The translations under genes and the position numbers were made by a program. The notes under the pieces are model-generated. The model did no database searches. It had not been told where the DNA came from and saw only the letters and a list, made by a program, of their open reading frames with translations. This document shows positions 59,110 through 64,000 of a stretch of 64,000 nt of DNA, in pieces. The number at the start of each line of letters is the position of its first letter. The first letter of the stretch is position 1. The stretch is from the human T2T-CHM13v2.0 reference genome, Homo sapiens: the NCBI RefSeq assembly GCF_009914755.1, contig NC_060944.1; one strand, 5' to 3'.

Positions 59110-64000
<4,891 letters not shown>

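Overview
This is human (primate) DNA that I recognise as the 20q13.12 SDC4-SYS1-TP53TG5 locus. It holds three complete protein-coding genes, with all coding splice junctions read as GT-AG. SDC4 is on the minus strand (5 exons, 198 aa, CDS 26261->5141). SYS1 is on the plus strand (one non-coding and three coding exons, 156 aa, CDS 41407->44992). TP53TG5 is on the minus strand (5 exons, 289 aa here, CDS 56105->51778). The rest is Alu-dense, with MIR, hAT/Tigger DNA-transposon relics, MaLR LTRs and an old L1 block at the right end. The most unusual signal is three composite retro-insertions, each bounded by a 17-18 bp target-site duplication (TSD) enclosing more than one element: (1) pre-tRNA-Val(CAC) + spacer + Alu at 233-685; (2) a processed MER41 endogenous-retrovirus RNA (R-U5-short internal-U3-R-polyA) in SDC4 intron 3 at 8848-9849; (3) an Alu carrying about 260 nt of 3'-transduced sequence and a second poly(A) at 11263-11837. 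Also noted: a cryptic terminal exon that would give a transmembrane-less SDC4, an 18-bp perfect palindrome, and two apparent non-reference coding alleles. Repeat subfamily names and comparisons to reference proteins are from memory, and repeat boundaries are approximate.
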